Assembly: GCA_963804165.1 (NCBI GenBank)
Contig: CAWDPO010000004.1
Location: forward strand, 143,974-207,973
Reading direction: 5' to 3'
Origin: an uncultured delta proteobacterium
GTDB lineage: Bacteria > Desulfobacterota > Binatia > UBA9968
DNA: 64,000 nt
Below the pieces are notes generated by a model, which saw only the letters and a list, made by a program, of their open reading frames with translations, did not search any database and was not told the origin of the DNA. The position numbers and the translations under genes were made by a program. This document shows positions 54,517 to 64,000 of this stretch, in pieces; positions within the stretch are counted from its first letter, which is position 1; the number at the start of each line of letters is the position of its first letter.

Positions 54517-55455
54517 GTGAGCTCTCGCGGTTCAGCGCAGACGCGCAGGTCCCGCCCAGCGGCCCGGCTGCTGCAGGCGGCCCTGGCCGTGGCCGCGATC
54601 GCCCTCGCCGTCCCCGCGCTGGCCTCGGCCCAGACGGCCGAGCCCGTGACCGCCCCGGCCGCCGATCACGAGCTGGCGAACGCCGGCCCGGCCGCCCCGG
54701 AGGCGCCCGCCCCGGCCCCGGCCGAGGAGCCCACCCCCGCGCCGGCCGAGCCGCCCGCACCCCCCTCGGCCAACGAGCCGACGCCGCCCGCCGAGGCCCC
54801 GGCCCCCGCCCCCGCCCCGACCGAGGCGACGCCGACCCCGACGCCGGTGACCCCGGCGCCGCCCGTCATGCCGGCCCCCGACGCGCCGCGCTCCCGCACG
54901 GTCGAGGCCGTCCTCGGGCCGGTGGTCGTCGACGCCTCCGCGGCCGCGCCGGCCAGGGCGCCCGTCGTCATCACCGGGGCCCCCGCCAAGCCGCCCCCCG
55001 GCATCTCCGCCGCCGCGCTCGGCGATCCCCTCGAGCCGCCCGCGCCCACCATGCTCGCAGCGGCGGCCGAGCCCGCGCCGGCCGGCCCGGAGCCGGACAA
55101 CCAATTCACCCCGGCCTCGCTCACCCCCGAGGCGGCCGCGCCGCCCGCCCCCGTCGGGGCCCCGCTGCGCGGCGCGCCCGGCGCCGACCAGCGCCAGGGC
55201 CCCAACCCCTTCCAGGCGCTCGCCGAGGCGGCCGGGCCGCTCCCGGGCGGCGCCAGCCTGCTCTCGGCCCTCGCCGCCTACGTCATCCCCGGCGGCGGGT
55301 CCCTCCCGGGGACGCCGCTGCTGCTGATGGTGCAGCTCGCCGTCATCCTGGCCCTGCTGGTCGCCCCGCGCCCGGGGCTGCGCGAGCGCGTGCTCGCCGC
55401 CGCCCGGCTCGGGCCCCACGCGGGCCATCGCACGATCCTTCCGAGACCCGGCTGA
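54517..55455 (+). CDS. Pro/Ala-rich exported or membrane protein
   Basis: Signal peptide, a long PA-rich low-complexity region and a C-terminal hydrophobic segment. Confidence 0.6.
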   Translation: MSSRGSAQTRRSRPAARLLQAALAVAAIALAVPALASAQTAEPVTAPAADHELANAGPAAPEAPAPAPAEEPTPAPAEPPAPPSANEPTPPAEAPAPAPAPTEATPTPTPVTPAPPVMPAPDAPRSRTVEAVLGPVVVDASAAAPARAPVVITGAPAKPPPGISAAALGDPLEPPAPTMLAAAAEPAPAGPEPDNQFTPASLTPEAAAPPAPVGAPLRGAPGADQRQGPNPFQALAEAAGPLPGGASLLSALAAYVIPGGGSLPGTPLLLMVQLAVILALLVAPRPGLRERVLAAARLGPHAGHRTILPRPG

Positions 55456-55564
55456 ACGACCCCTGCCCCGCCCGAGGTGCGCCTCGGGTGGGCCTCGCGT
55501 CCGCGCGCCGTGCCGCCCCGTGGGCGGCGGCGCACCGTCCTTCGCGAAAGATGGGGTCTCTTCG

Positions 55565-55972
55565 ATGCAGTCCATGCACATCCACGTTCTCGGGCCCGAC
55601 GGGTCGGAGCGAGCCGCGCTCGAGCGCGCCGTCGCCGGCCTCGGGTGCACCGTGAGCGCCGCCGAGCCGGCGGAGGGGTCGGACGCCCCGGGCGCCGACG
55701 CCCTCATGGTCAACGTCCGCGGCGACCAGTCGGCGATGGCCGGCCTCGCGCCGGGCCTCGTCGCCGACGCGCGCCCGGCCCTGGTCGTCTCGGAGACGGC
55801 CAGCCCGCTCGTGGCCGAGCTGGCCCGCCGCCCCGCCGGGGCGATCCTGGTCAGCGGCAACGAGTCGGAGGCCGGCTACCGCGTCGCCCTCTCGCTGCTC
55901 GCCGGCCTCCGCGCGAGCTCGCTCTGGCGGGCCACGGCGGACGACTCGCTGACCCGGACGGCCGCCCTGTGA
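55565..55972 (+). CDS. Hypothetical protein (possibly a degenerate receiver-like fold)
   Basis: Compact ORF with alternating beta/alpha character (MHIHVLG...LGCTV...DALMVNV...PALVVS). Confidence 0.45.
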   Translation: MQSMHIHVLGPDGSERAALERAVAGLGCTVSAAEPAEGSDAPGADALMVNVRGDQSAMAGLAPGLVADARPALVVSETASPLVAELARRPAGAILVSGNESEAGYRVALSLLAGLRASSLWRATADDSLTRTAAL

Positions 55973-56054
55973 CGACCGCCTCACGCGCCGGCTCGCCGGG
56001 TCTGGCGAGCCGGACGCTCCGGCGCGCGCGCGGGGCGGCCTCGGGCTACGAGGC

Positions 56055-57670
56055 CTAGGCGCCGAGCGCCGGCTCCCCAGGCTCGCCAGGCGGACGTTCT
56101 GGCGGTAGTCGATGGGGACCGTGACGAGCGCCGGGCCGCCCTCGGCGAGCGCCGCCTCGAGGGCCGCCCGCAGGGCATCGCCGCCGGTCGCGTGGCGGTG
56201 GCTCCAGCCGAAGGCGGCGGCCAGCCCGGGCCAGTCGGGGTTGCCGAACTCGATCGCGTGGGTGCGGCCGAAGCGCCGCTCCTGCTTCCAGCCGATCACG
56301 CCGTAGGCGCCGTCAACCCAGACCACGACGACGACCGGGAGCCCGAGGCGGCGGGCCGTCTCCATCTCCTGGACGTTCATCATGAAGCCGCCGTCGCCCG
56401 AGACCGTGACCGCCCGCCGCTCGGGCTGGGCGAGGGCCGCCGCGATCGCCCCGGGCAGGCCGATGCCCATGGTGGCGAAGCCGTTGCTGATGATCACGGT
56501 GTTGGGCTCGTAGGCCGGGAACAGGCGGCCGAGCCAGAGCTTGTGGGCGCCGACGTCAGAGATCAGGATGTCCGTCGGCCCCATCGCCGCCCGGATGGCG
56601 AGGATCGCCGCCTGGGGGCTCACGAAGCCGGGCCGCTCGACCGTGGCGCGCAGCTCGGTCGTGACGGCGACGCGCAGGCGGGTGGCGTAGGCCGGCACCT
56701 CCCCGGCGGGCAGGGCCTCGCGCAGCAGCCGCAGCGTCTCGCTGAGGTCGCCGACCAGCTCGACCTCGGGGATGTACTCGGTGTCCACCTCGGCCGCGCG
56801 GGCGTCAACGTGGACGATCCGCTTGCGCCGCTCGGCGTTCCAGGCCTCCGGGGCGAACTCGACCAGGTCGTAGCCGACGCAGACCACCACGTCGGCCTCG
56901 TCGAGCCCCGCGGTCATGCTGTCGCGCGCCTGCACGCCGACGGCGGGCAGCGAGAGCAGCGAGCGGTCGTCGAGCGCGCCCTTGCCCATGAAGGTGGGGC
57001 AGGCCGGGATCCCGGCGTGGGCGCAGAGGGCGCGGAGCTCGCCGGCCGCCCCGGACCGGATCGTGCCGTTGCCGGTGAGGATCACCGGGCGCCGCGCCTC
57101 GCGCACGATCGCGGCGGCCTCGCGGACCGAGGCCTCGTCGGGGTGGGTCGGCCCGGGGAGGGTCCTGGCCAGCGGCCGCGCCGACGAGGGCAGCTCGGCG
57201 GCGGCGATGGTCTCGGAGAGCTCGAGGTGGGCCGGCCCGGGGCGCTCGGCCTCGGCGAGCTTGAAGGCCTTGCGCACGACCTCGGGCACGGTCTCGGGGC
57301 GCTCGATGCGCGCGTTCCACTTCGTGACCGGCCGCAGCATGTCGACGACGTCGACGTACTGGTGGCTCTCCTTGTGCACCAGGTCGAGCCGCACCTGCCC
57401 GGTGATCGCCACCATGGGCGCGTAGTCCAGGTAGGCGTCGGCGATGCCCGTGATCAGGTTGGTCGCCCCGGGGCCGAGGGTGCCCAGGCAGACCCCAGCC
57501 CGGCCGGTGAGGCGGCCGTGGACGTCGGCCATGAAGGCGGCGCCCTGCTCGTGGCGCACGATGACGATCTCGATCGGCGAGCGGCGCAGGGCCTCGACGA
57601 TCTCGAGCGTCTCCTCGCCGGGGATGGCGAAGATGCGCTCGACGCCCTCGGACTCGAGGCAGCTCACCAT
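56055..57670 (-). CDS. Acetolactate synthase large subunit (ThDP enzyme; 3' end approximate)
   Basis: PGEE, RHEQGAAFMA, TLGPGATN, SDVGAHK, SNGFATMG and GDGGFMMN.QE.ET. Confidence 0.92.
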
Positions 57671-57724
57671 CAGCTCGGCGGCCTGCAGGGGCGCCCTCCG
57701 GATCGACGCGGCGGGTGCCGGAGC

Positions 57725-59278
57725 CTACCCGGCCCGCAGGCCGAGGTGCCCCAGGTGCCCGGCGAGCCGGGCGGCGTCGGGCGGCTCGCAGCGGAAGCCC
57801 AGGTAGCCGTCCGGGCGGACGACGAACGCGGCCGGGCCCGCGGCGCCCAGGCGGCCGTGGACGCGCAGCGCCGCGTCGGCGAGCGGCTCGACCCCGGGCG
57901 GCCCGGAGGCGGGCAGCTCCCCGGTGACGAACACGCGCGCCCGCACCCGGGGCGCGAACCGCGCCGCCAGGGCCAGGGCGTCGTCGGGCGGGCCCACGCC
58001 GGCCGCGACCCAGAGCTGCGTCCCGGGGTCGCGCAGCAGGTCGCGCAGGCTCACGACGGTGCCGTCCGGGCGCACGAGCGGCCCCGCGTCGAGGACGCGG
58101 CCGCCGGGCGCGACGCCGTCCCCGCCCGCGGGCGGGTCGCCGCCGACGATGGGGCTGTCCGGGTAGGCGACCGCCAGCTCGTGGCCGGCCTCGACCGCCG
58201 CGACGGCGCGCCCCTGCGATGCGTAGGCGACGGCCAGCGAGAGGTCGCGCGCGGCGGCGGCCTCGCCGGTCAGCACGTTGGCCTCGTGGACCGCGCCCGA
58301 GGCCTCGACCGCCGCCAGGGCCACCGGGCGGCGCTCGGCCTCGTAGGAGGCGAGCACGGCCTCCGGCGCGCCGTCCAGGGCCAGCCGCAGCTTCCAGGCC
58401 AGGTTCGCCGCGTCCTGCACGCCGGTGTTCATGCCCTGGCCGCTGACGGGGGTCATGGCGTGGGCCGCGTCGCCGGCGAGCAGCAGCCGGCCCGCCCGGT
58501 AGCGGTCCGCCACCCGGTGGCTGACGCGGAAGCAGGCCCGGTCGTCGGCGGCCCGGACCGTCGCGCCCCGGACGTGGCGGTCGATCACCGCCTGGGCGTC
58601 GGCGAGCTCGGGGGCGTCCCCCGCCGCGTCGTCGCGGAAGAAGAGCCGCAGCCGCCCGCCGGGCAGGGGCATCGCCCAGAGGCCGTCGGCGTCGAGGAAC
58701 ACCGGGAGCTCGGCCGGCCCGTACGGCCAGCCGTCCACCTCGGCGTCCAGCACGGCCCAGCGGCCCGGATAGTCGCCGCCCTCGAAGGCGATCCCGGCCG
58801 CCTCGCGCAGGCCGCTGTGCACGCCGTCGCAGGCCACGACGAACGAGGCGAGGACCCGCTCGCCGGCGACCCGGACGACGACCGCGTCGTCCCCCTGCCC
58901 GGCCACCTCGGCGGCGAGCCCGCGCTCGACCGGCCGTGACAGGCGGGCAGCGAGCAGCGCCTCCAGGTCCCGCTGGCGCATGCTCACGGCGGCCGGGAAG
59001 GGGCTGTCGACGCCGGCGAAGTCGATGCGGGCCACCTCGCGCCCGCCCGACAGCAGCGGCACCCCGGCCAGGGCCACCCCGGCGGCGGCGATCTCCTCGC
59101 CGGCGCCGAGCGCGTCCCAGACCTCGAGGCTGCGCGCGTGGAGATCCGTGGCCCGCGACACGGCGCCGCGCTCGGCCGCGGCGTCAACGATCCGGTGCTC
59201 GACGCCGAGCCGCTCGAGCTCGCAGGCGAGCGTGAGGCCGACGGGCCCCGCGCCCACGACGAGGACGGGGAGCGCCAC
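57725..59278 (-). CDS. FAD-dependent monooxygenase
   Basis: VVGAGPVGL, ACDG.HS, LAGDAAH..TP..GQGMNTG.QDA.NLAWKL and VRPDGY. Confidence 0.93.
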   Translation of the reverse strand: MALPVLVVGAGPVGLTLACELERLGVEHRIVDAAAERGAVSRATDLHARSLEVWDALGAGEEIAAAGVALAGVPLLSGGREVARIDFAGVDSPFPAAVSMRQRDLEALLAARLSRPVERGLAAEVAGQGDDAVVVRVAGERVLASFVVACDGVHSGLREAAGIAFEGGDYPGRWAVLDAEVDGWPYGPAELPVFLDADGLWAMPLPGGRLRLFFRDDAAGDAPELADAQAVIDRHVRGATVRAADDRACFRVSHRVADRYRAGRLLLAGDAAHAMTPVSGQGMNTGVQDAANLAWKLRLALDGAPEAVLASYEAERRPVALAAVEASGAVHEANVLTGEAAAARDLSLAVAYASQGRAVAAVEAGHELAVAYPDSPIVGGDPPAGGDGVAPGGRVLDAGPLVRPDGTVVSLRDLLRDPGTQLWVAAGVGPPDDALALAARFAPRVRARVFVTGELPASGPPGVEPLADAALRVHGRLGAAGPAAFVVRPDGYLGFRCEPPDAARLAGHLGHLGLRAG

Positions 59279-59356
59279 CGGCCCACACTAGCCGCCGGGG
59301 GGTATCCTCGACACGAGTCCCGCGGCCTGAGCGCCGCGCCAGCGGAGGAGGCGGTC

Positions 59357-60811
59357 ATGTCGGTCCTCAGCCCGGCCCTCGACCCCGCGCAGCCCACCGG
59401 GCTGATGCGGGACGGGCGCTTCGAGCAGCTCAACGAGGACCTCCCGGTGCTCAACCCCTACAGCGGCGAGGAGATCGCGCGCGTGGCGGTCGGGGGCCCG
59501 GAGGACGTGCAGACGGCGGTCGCGGGCGCCCTCGGCCACATGCCGCCGCCCCCGGCGGCCGAGCGCGCCCAGGTGCTTGAGCGCGCGGCCCGGCTCGTGG
59601 CCGACCGCGCCGAGACCTTCGCCCGCACCATCTGCCTCGAGGCGGGCAAGCCGATGAAGCAGGCGCGCGCCGAGGCCGCCCGCTGCCAGGACACGCTGAC
59701 CTTCTCCGCCGTCGAGGCCCGCAGCCTCGCCGGCGAGGTGGTCCCCATGGAGTCGAGCGCCGCCGGCGCCGGCAAGCTCGGGATCATCCTGCGCGAGCCG
59801 GTCGGCGTGGTGGGGGCCATCTCGCCCTTCAACTTCCCCCTCAACCTGGTGGCCCACAAGCTGGCGCCGGCGATCGCGGCCGGCTGCCCCGTGGTGCTCA
59901 AGCCGGCCTCCTCGACGCCGCTGTCGGCGCTGCTGCTGGCGGGCACCCTGGCCGAGGCCGGCCTGCCGGACGGCTTCCTCTCGGTGGTCATCGGCGGCGG
60001 CGGCACGGTCGGCAACGCCCTGGTCGACCACCCCGACGTCCCCATGATCTCCTTCACCGGCAGCCCGCCGGTGGGCTGGGGCATCCGCCAGCGCCAGCCG
60101 CGAAAGCACGTCGCGCTCGAGCTCGGCAACTCCACCCCGGTGATCGTCGAGCCCGACGCCGACCTCGAGACCGCCGCCCGCAAGCTCGCGGGCTCCGGCT
60201 ACACCCACGCGGGCCAGTCGTGCATCTCGGTGCAGCGGGTCTACGTGCACGAGGCCGCCTACGACCGCTTCCGCGACCTCTTCGTCGCCGCCGTCGAGGA
60301 CCTGGTCGTGGGCGACCCCATGGACGACGCCACCGACGTCGGCCCGGTCATCGACGCCGAGAACCGCGACCGCATCATCGAGTGGATCGGCGAGGCGCGC
60401 TCGTCGGGCGGCGCCGTCCTCACCGGCGGCGAGCTGAACGACGAGGGGCTCATCACGCCGACGGTGATCGAGGGGATCGACCCGGAGATGAAGGTCTCCT
60501 GCGAGGAGGTCTTCGGGCCGGTCGTGGGCCTCGCCTCCTACGCCTCGGTCGACCAGGCGATCGACCTCGCCAACTCGTCGCCCTTCGGGCTCCAGGCCGG
60601 CATCTTCACCGCCCGCACCGACGCCGCCATGGCCTGGGCCGCCCGCCTGCACTTCGGCGGCGTGCTCATCAACGAGACCCCGACCTTCCGCGCCGACCAG
60701 ATGCCCTACGGCGGCGTGAAGGACAGCGGCAACACCCGCGAGGGGCCCCGCTTCGCGGTGCGCAGCATGAGCGAGCAGAAGCTGGTGCTCCTGCAGGTTC
60801 CCCAGGGCTAG
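59357..60811 (+). CDS. Aldehyde dehydrogenase
   Basis: ISPFNFPLNL, SFTGS, LELG, AGQSCIS, EEVFGP and MPYGGVKDSG. A GGAGG RBS precedes 59357. Confidence 0.93.
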   Translation: MSVLSPALDPAQPTGLMRDGRFEQLNEDLPVLNPYSGEEIARVAVGGPEDVQTAVAGALGHMPPPPAAERAQVLERAARLVADRAETFARTICLEAGKPMKQARAEAARCQDTLTFSAVEARSLAGEVVPMESSAAGAGKLGIILREPVGVVGAISPFNFPLNLVAHKLAPAIAAGCPVVLKPASSTPLSALLLAGTLAEAGLPDGFLSVVIGGGGTVGNALVDHPDVPMISFTGSPPVGWGIRQRQPRKHVALELGNSTPVIVEPDADLETAARKLAGSGYTHAGQSCISVQRVYVHEAAYDRFRDLFVAAVEDLVVGDPMDDATDVGPVIDAENRDRIIEWIGEARSSGGAVLTGGELNDEGLITPTVIEGIDPEMKVSCEEVFGPVVGLASYASVDQAIDLANSSPFGLQAGIFTARTDAAMAWAARLHFGGVLINETPTFRADQMPYGGVKDSGNTREGPRFAVRSMSEQKLVLLQVPQG

Positions 60812-60965
60812 CGCGAGGACCGGGGGCGGTGGTCCCGTCGCCCCCGGTCGAGGTCGGCGCTGTAGGGTGCCCACGTTCAGCGGATGGAGGGTGGCCTGAG
60901 CTTGAACGCTCGGCTCGACCAAGGTCGGGTGCGGTGAGGCCTGCGGTCGTGGGCCGCCCGGGACC

Positions 60966-61754
60966 GTGAGCACCGGAGGGGGCTACCGGGTCCCCGCGGT
61001 CGTCGGCGCGGTCCGCGCGCTCGACGCGCTCGCCGGCCTCGGCGGCGCGGGGGCGACCCTCTCGGAGGTCGCGCGGACGATCGGTCGCTCGAAGAGCACG
61101 GTCTTCAATCTTCTCCACACCCTCGAAGATGAAGGTCTGGTCTTCCGCGACGCCGCCACCCACCGGTACCACCTTGGAGCGCGCCTCGTGCCCCTGGGCG
61201 CCGCGGCTGCGCGGGAGGCGCGCCCGCTTCCCATGGCGGTGACCCTGGCCCGGCGGATCGCCTTCGAGGAGGGCATCTCCGTCGCCGTCGGCCAGGTGGT
61301 GGGAGGGACCTCCGCCCAGATCGTCGAAACCGCGACCCCCGCGTCCGGGCTGCACGTCGGGATCTCGATCGGCGACCGCTTCGGGATCTTCGACGGGGCG
61401 ATCGGCAAGTCGCTGCTCGCCAGCCTGCCGCCCGACGAGTGCGAGCGCGTCGTGAGGGACGGCGCCCCCGGGCACCAGGTGGAGGGCGCGCCCACCGACC
61501 CCGATGTCCTGCTCGCCGAGGTCGCGGTCGTCCGGGAGCGCGGCTGGGCCGCGAGCGTCGGCCGACTGGACGAGAAGAACGCCGTCTCTGCATCGATCCT
61601 CGGGATGCTCGGGGAGCCCGTCATCGTCCTCGCCGCCTTCGGCTTCACCAGCCAGCTGCCCGAGGAGCGGATCGCGGAGGTCGGAGAGCGGCTGCGCGAC
61701 GCCACCGCTTCCGCATCCGTCGAGACGGCGGTCCGGCCGCCGCAGGAGGACTGA
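60966..61754 (+). CDS. IclR family transcriptional regulator
   Basis: TLSEVAR..GRSKSTVFNLL.TL, GAIGKSLLA and VRERGWA. Confidence 0.9.
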   Translation: MSTGGGYRVPAVVGAVRALDALAGLGGAGATLSEVARTIGRSKSTVFNLLHTLEDEGLVFRDAATHRYHLGARLVPLGAAAAREARPLPMAVTLARRIAFEEGISVAVGQVVGGTSAQIVETATPASGLHVGISIGDRFGIFDGAIGKSLLASLPPDECERVVRDGAPGHQVEGAPTDPDVLLAEVAVVRERGWAASVGRLDEKNAVSASILGMLGEPVIVLAAFGFTSQLPEERIAEVGERLRDATASASVETAVRPPQED

Positions 61755-61805
61755 CCCGATGGGCGGGGGGCACCCCCGCAATCAGCGGATGACATCGTCC
61801 CCGCC

Positions 61806-63460
61806 ATGACCTGGGCGCGCGTGGCGGTGGCGGCGATGCTGGTCGCGGTGGCGGCGGCGGGCACGGCCGCGGCCGCCGGCCGGATGTGGCAGCCCCCGCT
61901 CACGATCACGCCGCGCGGCGCCGAGCCGCACGATCCGTCGGCCGCGGCCGGCACGGGCGGCGAGGCCCTGGCCGCGTTCACCACGACCATCCGGGGGCGC
62001 AGCCAGGTCGAGGCCCGCGTGCGCGATCCCGCCAACGCGCCCTGGGTGCGGGTCGTGCTGTCGGGGACGTTCCCGACCGCGCCCAGCCGGCCGGCGGCCG
62101 CGATCGAGCCCGCCGGGCGCGCGGTGGTCGCCTGGCGGGTCCCCGGCGGCGCGGTCCGCTCCGCGGTGCGCGACCGGCCCCATGGCGACTGGCGCGTGAT
62201 CCCGGTGGCCCCGGGGGGCGCCACGGACGACGAGCGCGACTTCCGCGGGGCGGTGGCGGCGATGGACGGCGTCGACCGCTCCGCGGCGCTCGTGTGGGCA
62301 GAGCGCGCCGCCGGCGCGTGGACCGTGCGCTCCGCGCGCCGCCCGACCTCCGGGGCGGCGTGGGCCGAGACGCCGCCGCTCGCCCTCGGCCCGGGCGCGT
62401 CCGAGCCGTCCCTCGCCCTCTCCCCCGACGGCACCGCCGTCGCCGCCTGGACCGTCCCGTCCGGCCCGGACTTCTTCGCGACCGGGCCGCTCTACGCCGC
62501 CGTGCGCTCGACCGAGGGCGCGTGGACGGCGGCGACGCCGCTCGCGGCCAGCGGCGCCCGCATCCCCTCGGCGGGGGCCGGCTACGACGGCCGCGCCGCC
62601 GTCGCCTGGGAGGATCTCACGGCCGGGACGCCGTCGGTCGCCGTGGCCGAGGCCGGCCTCGGCACCGCCTGGGGCGCGCCGCAGGCCGTGACGCCGGGAC
62701 GGGCGCCGCGGGTGGCGGCCAACGCGTCCGGCGACCTCGTGCTCAGCTGGGCGGCCCTCGGGACGCCCAGGCCACGCCGATCCTGGCCGCGGTGAAGCCT
62801 GCCGGCGCGGGATGGCCGGCCGGCCGGGAGTTGACGCCCGGCGAGGGCCTGACGTGGATCGAGGCGTCCCTTGCGCGGGTGGCGATCGGCGGCACGGGGC
62901 GCGCCTTCGTCGGCTTCCTCGACCAGGAGGGCCCCGGCTCGGCGACGGTCACGCTGGCGGCGGCGCGGGCCAACGAATCGTGGTCAACCGCGCCCGTCCG
63001 GGTGGGCGCAGACCTGTTCGGAATCGCGCTGTCGGCGTCCTCGGGCGGGAACGGACTGGCCGTCCTCCCCTCCGAGAGCAGCGACGGCTCCTTCCTTCAG
63101 GCGGCCGACTTCGACAGCTACGCGCGCCCGGTGATCACCGCCGGGCTGGCCGGCGTGCGCCGCGCCGACGGCACGGTCGCCTGGACGGCCGCCCTGCGGA
63201 ACCGCGGGCGCGTGGTGGCCCAGGGCGTGCGCCTGAGCCTGGCGATCTGCTGCGGCACCCGCCTCGTGTCGGCGCGGCCCGGCGGCACGCGCTCGGGCCG
63301 GATCGTCAGGTGGACCGTCCCGCGGCTGGCGCCGGGCCGCACCAGCACCATCCGCCTCACGGTGAGGAACCCGCCGGGATCGACCGGACGCCTCAGCGGG
63401 TCGGTGTCGGGCGTGGCGTTCCCGCCGTTCACCGTCTCGACCGTGCCCCGGCGCTCATAG
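61806..63460 (+). CDS. Secreted repeat protein with a C-terminal Ig-like (DUF11-like) domain (frameshift near 62770)
   Basis: Signal peptide, repeated (S/P).A....G.A..AW units and a C-terminal LRNRG...A.GV.L...VRWTVPRLAPG...IRLTV. Confidence 0.6.
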
Positions 63461-64000
63461 GTCGAGGACGAGGTCGCCGCGCGGTCGCCCGCAGCAGATG
63501 AGGGCGCTGCCCTGCGCGGGCGGCTCGACGGGGTCGGGGTCGTAGTCCACCGACCCTGCGGGCGGCGGGGCCGCCGTCGTCAGGCCGGCGTTGCCACCGC
63601 CGTCGCCCTCCTCGAGAAGCGCCCGGAACGACCCCTGCCAGCCCGGGCTGAGCGCCGGGATCCGCAGCGCCCGCAGCAGCTGCTGGCGCGGATGGCCGGG
63701 CAGGTAGAGCAGGGCGTCGATCTCGGCGACGGTCATCGCCTCGGGGCCGGAGGGGAGCTTGGCGATCTCGTCCCCCGCCCGCACGTCGCCCTCTCGGAGC
63801 ACGCGGAGGTAGAAGCCGGGGCGGCGGTGCGAGACCAGCAACGCCGGGATGCGCGGGTCGTCCAGGCGGATGCCCACCCGGTAGCAGGTGACCCCCGGCT
63901 GGCTCACCTCGAACTCGGCCTCGCCGATCCGGAAGCGGGCGCCGATGCAGACCTGGTCGTCGGCGAGCCCCTCGACCGTGAAGTTCTCGCCGAACGCGGT
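63455..64000 (-). CDS. MOSC-domain protein joined directly to a ferredoxin C-terminal tail (5' end outside the window)
   Basis: FGENFTV, IG.RFRIGEAEFEVSQP.VTCYR and RPGFYLRVL, then SVDYDPDP...LICC..P.GDLVLDL. Confidence 0.8.
   Translation of the reverse strand, partial: TAFGENFTVEGLADDQVCIGARFRIGEAEFEVSQPGVTCYRVGIRLDDPRIPALLVSHRRPGFYLRVLREGDVRAGDEIAKLPSGPEAMTVAEIDALLYLPGHPRQQLLRALRIPALSPGWQGSFRALLEEGDGGGNAGLTTAAPPPAGSVDYDPDPVEPPAQGSALICCGRPRGDLVLDL

Noticed and set aside
55343-56055. Long C-terminal extension on acetolactate synthase (775-aa ORF)
   Set aside because: It is R/G/A-rich read-through after a probable frameshift near the natural end, and it overlaps opposite-strand genes.
56192-60973. 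Very long ORFs such as 56192..58939 (+, 915 aa) and 59288..60973 (-)
   Set aside because: They are stop-poor shadow frames of high-GC genes on the opposite strand.

Overview
The window looks like three unrelated genomic segments joined together. (1) 1-~16975 has moderate GC, no visible frameshifts and a Gram-negative, deltaproteobacteria/Binatia-like gene set: secA with a very large helical insertion, murI, an SPL-like radical SAM cluster, coxG, TPR-SLT, peptidase C26, a histidine kinase, a small catabolic cluster and an ABC substrate-binding protein cut off at the junction. (2) ~16975-~44780 is high-GC actinobacterial DNA with dense single-base frameshifts. It carries ALDH/SDR/GntR/proline-racemase genes, a likely lysine/pipecolate catabolic operon and phospholipase D. 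It then has an integration hotspot with tRNA-derived scars and a ~6.7 kb block bounded by ~76-bp direct repeats. That block holds a long DisA_N-type diadenylate cyclase and a low-GC, translationally coupled gene pair (unknown protein plus PD-(D/E)XK-like nuclease), and is followed by an XRE regulator and a Tad-like cluster truncated in cpaF/tadA. (3) ~44780-64000 is very high-GC, Thermoleophilia-like DNA: moeA (truncated), GH3, msrB, NlpC/P60, an RTX-like protein, a NarL-type two-component system with MmpL, acetolactate synthase, FAD monooxygenase, ALDH, IclR and a MOSC protein. The best candidate for an undescribed system is the DAC plus two-gene nuclease island at ~33600-38400, possibly a cyclic-nucleotide anti-phage or conflict system. 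Taxonomic labels, GC descriptions and family calls come from reading the sequence and recognising motifs; no searches or computations were run.
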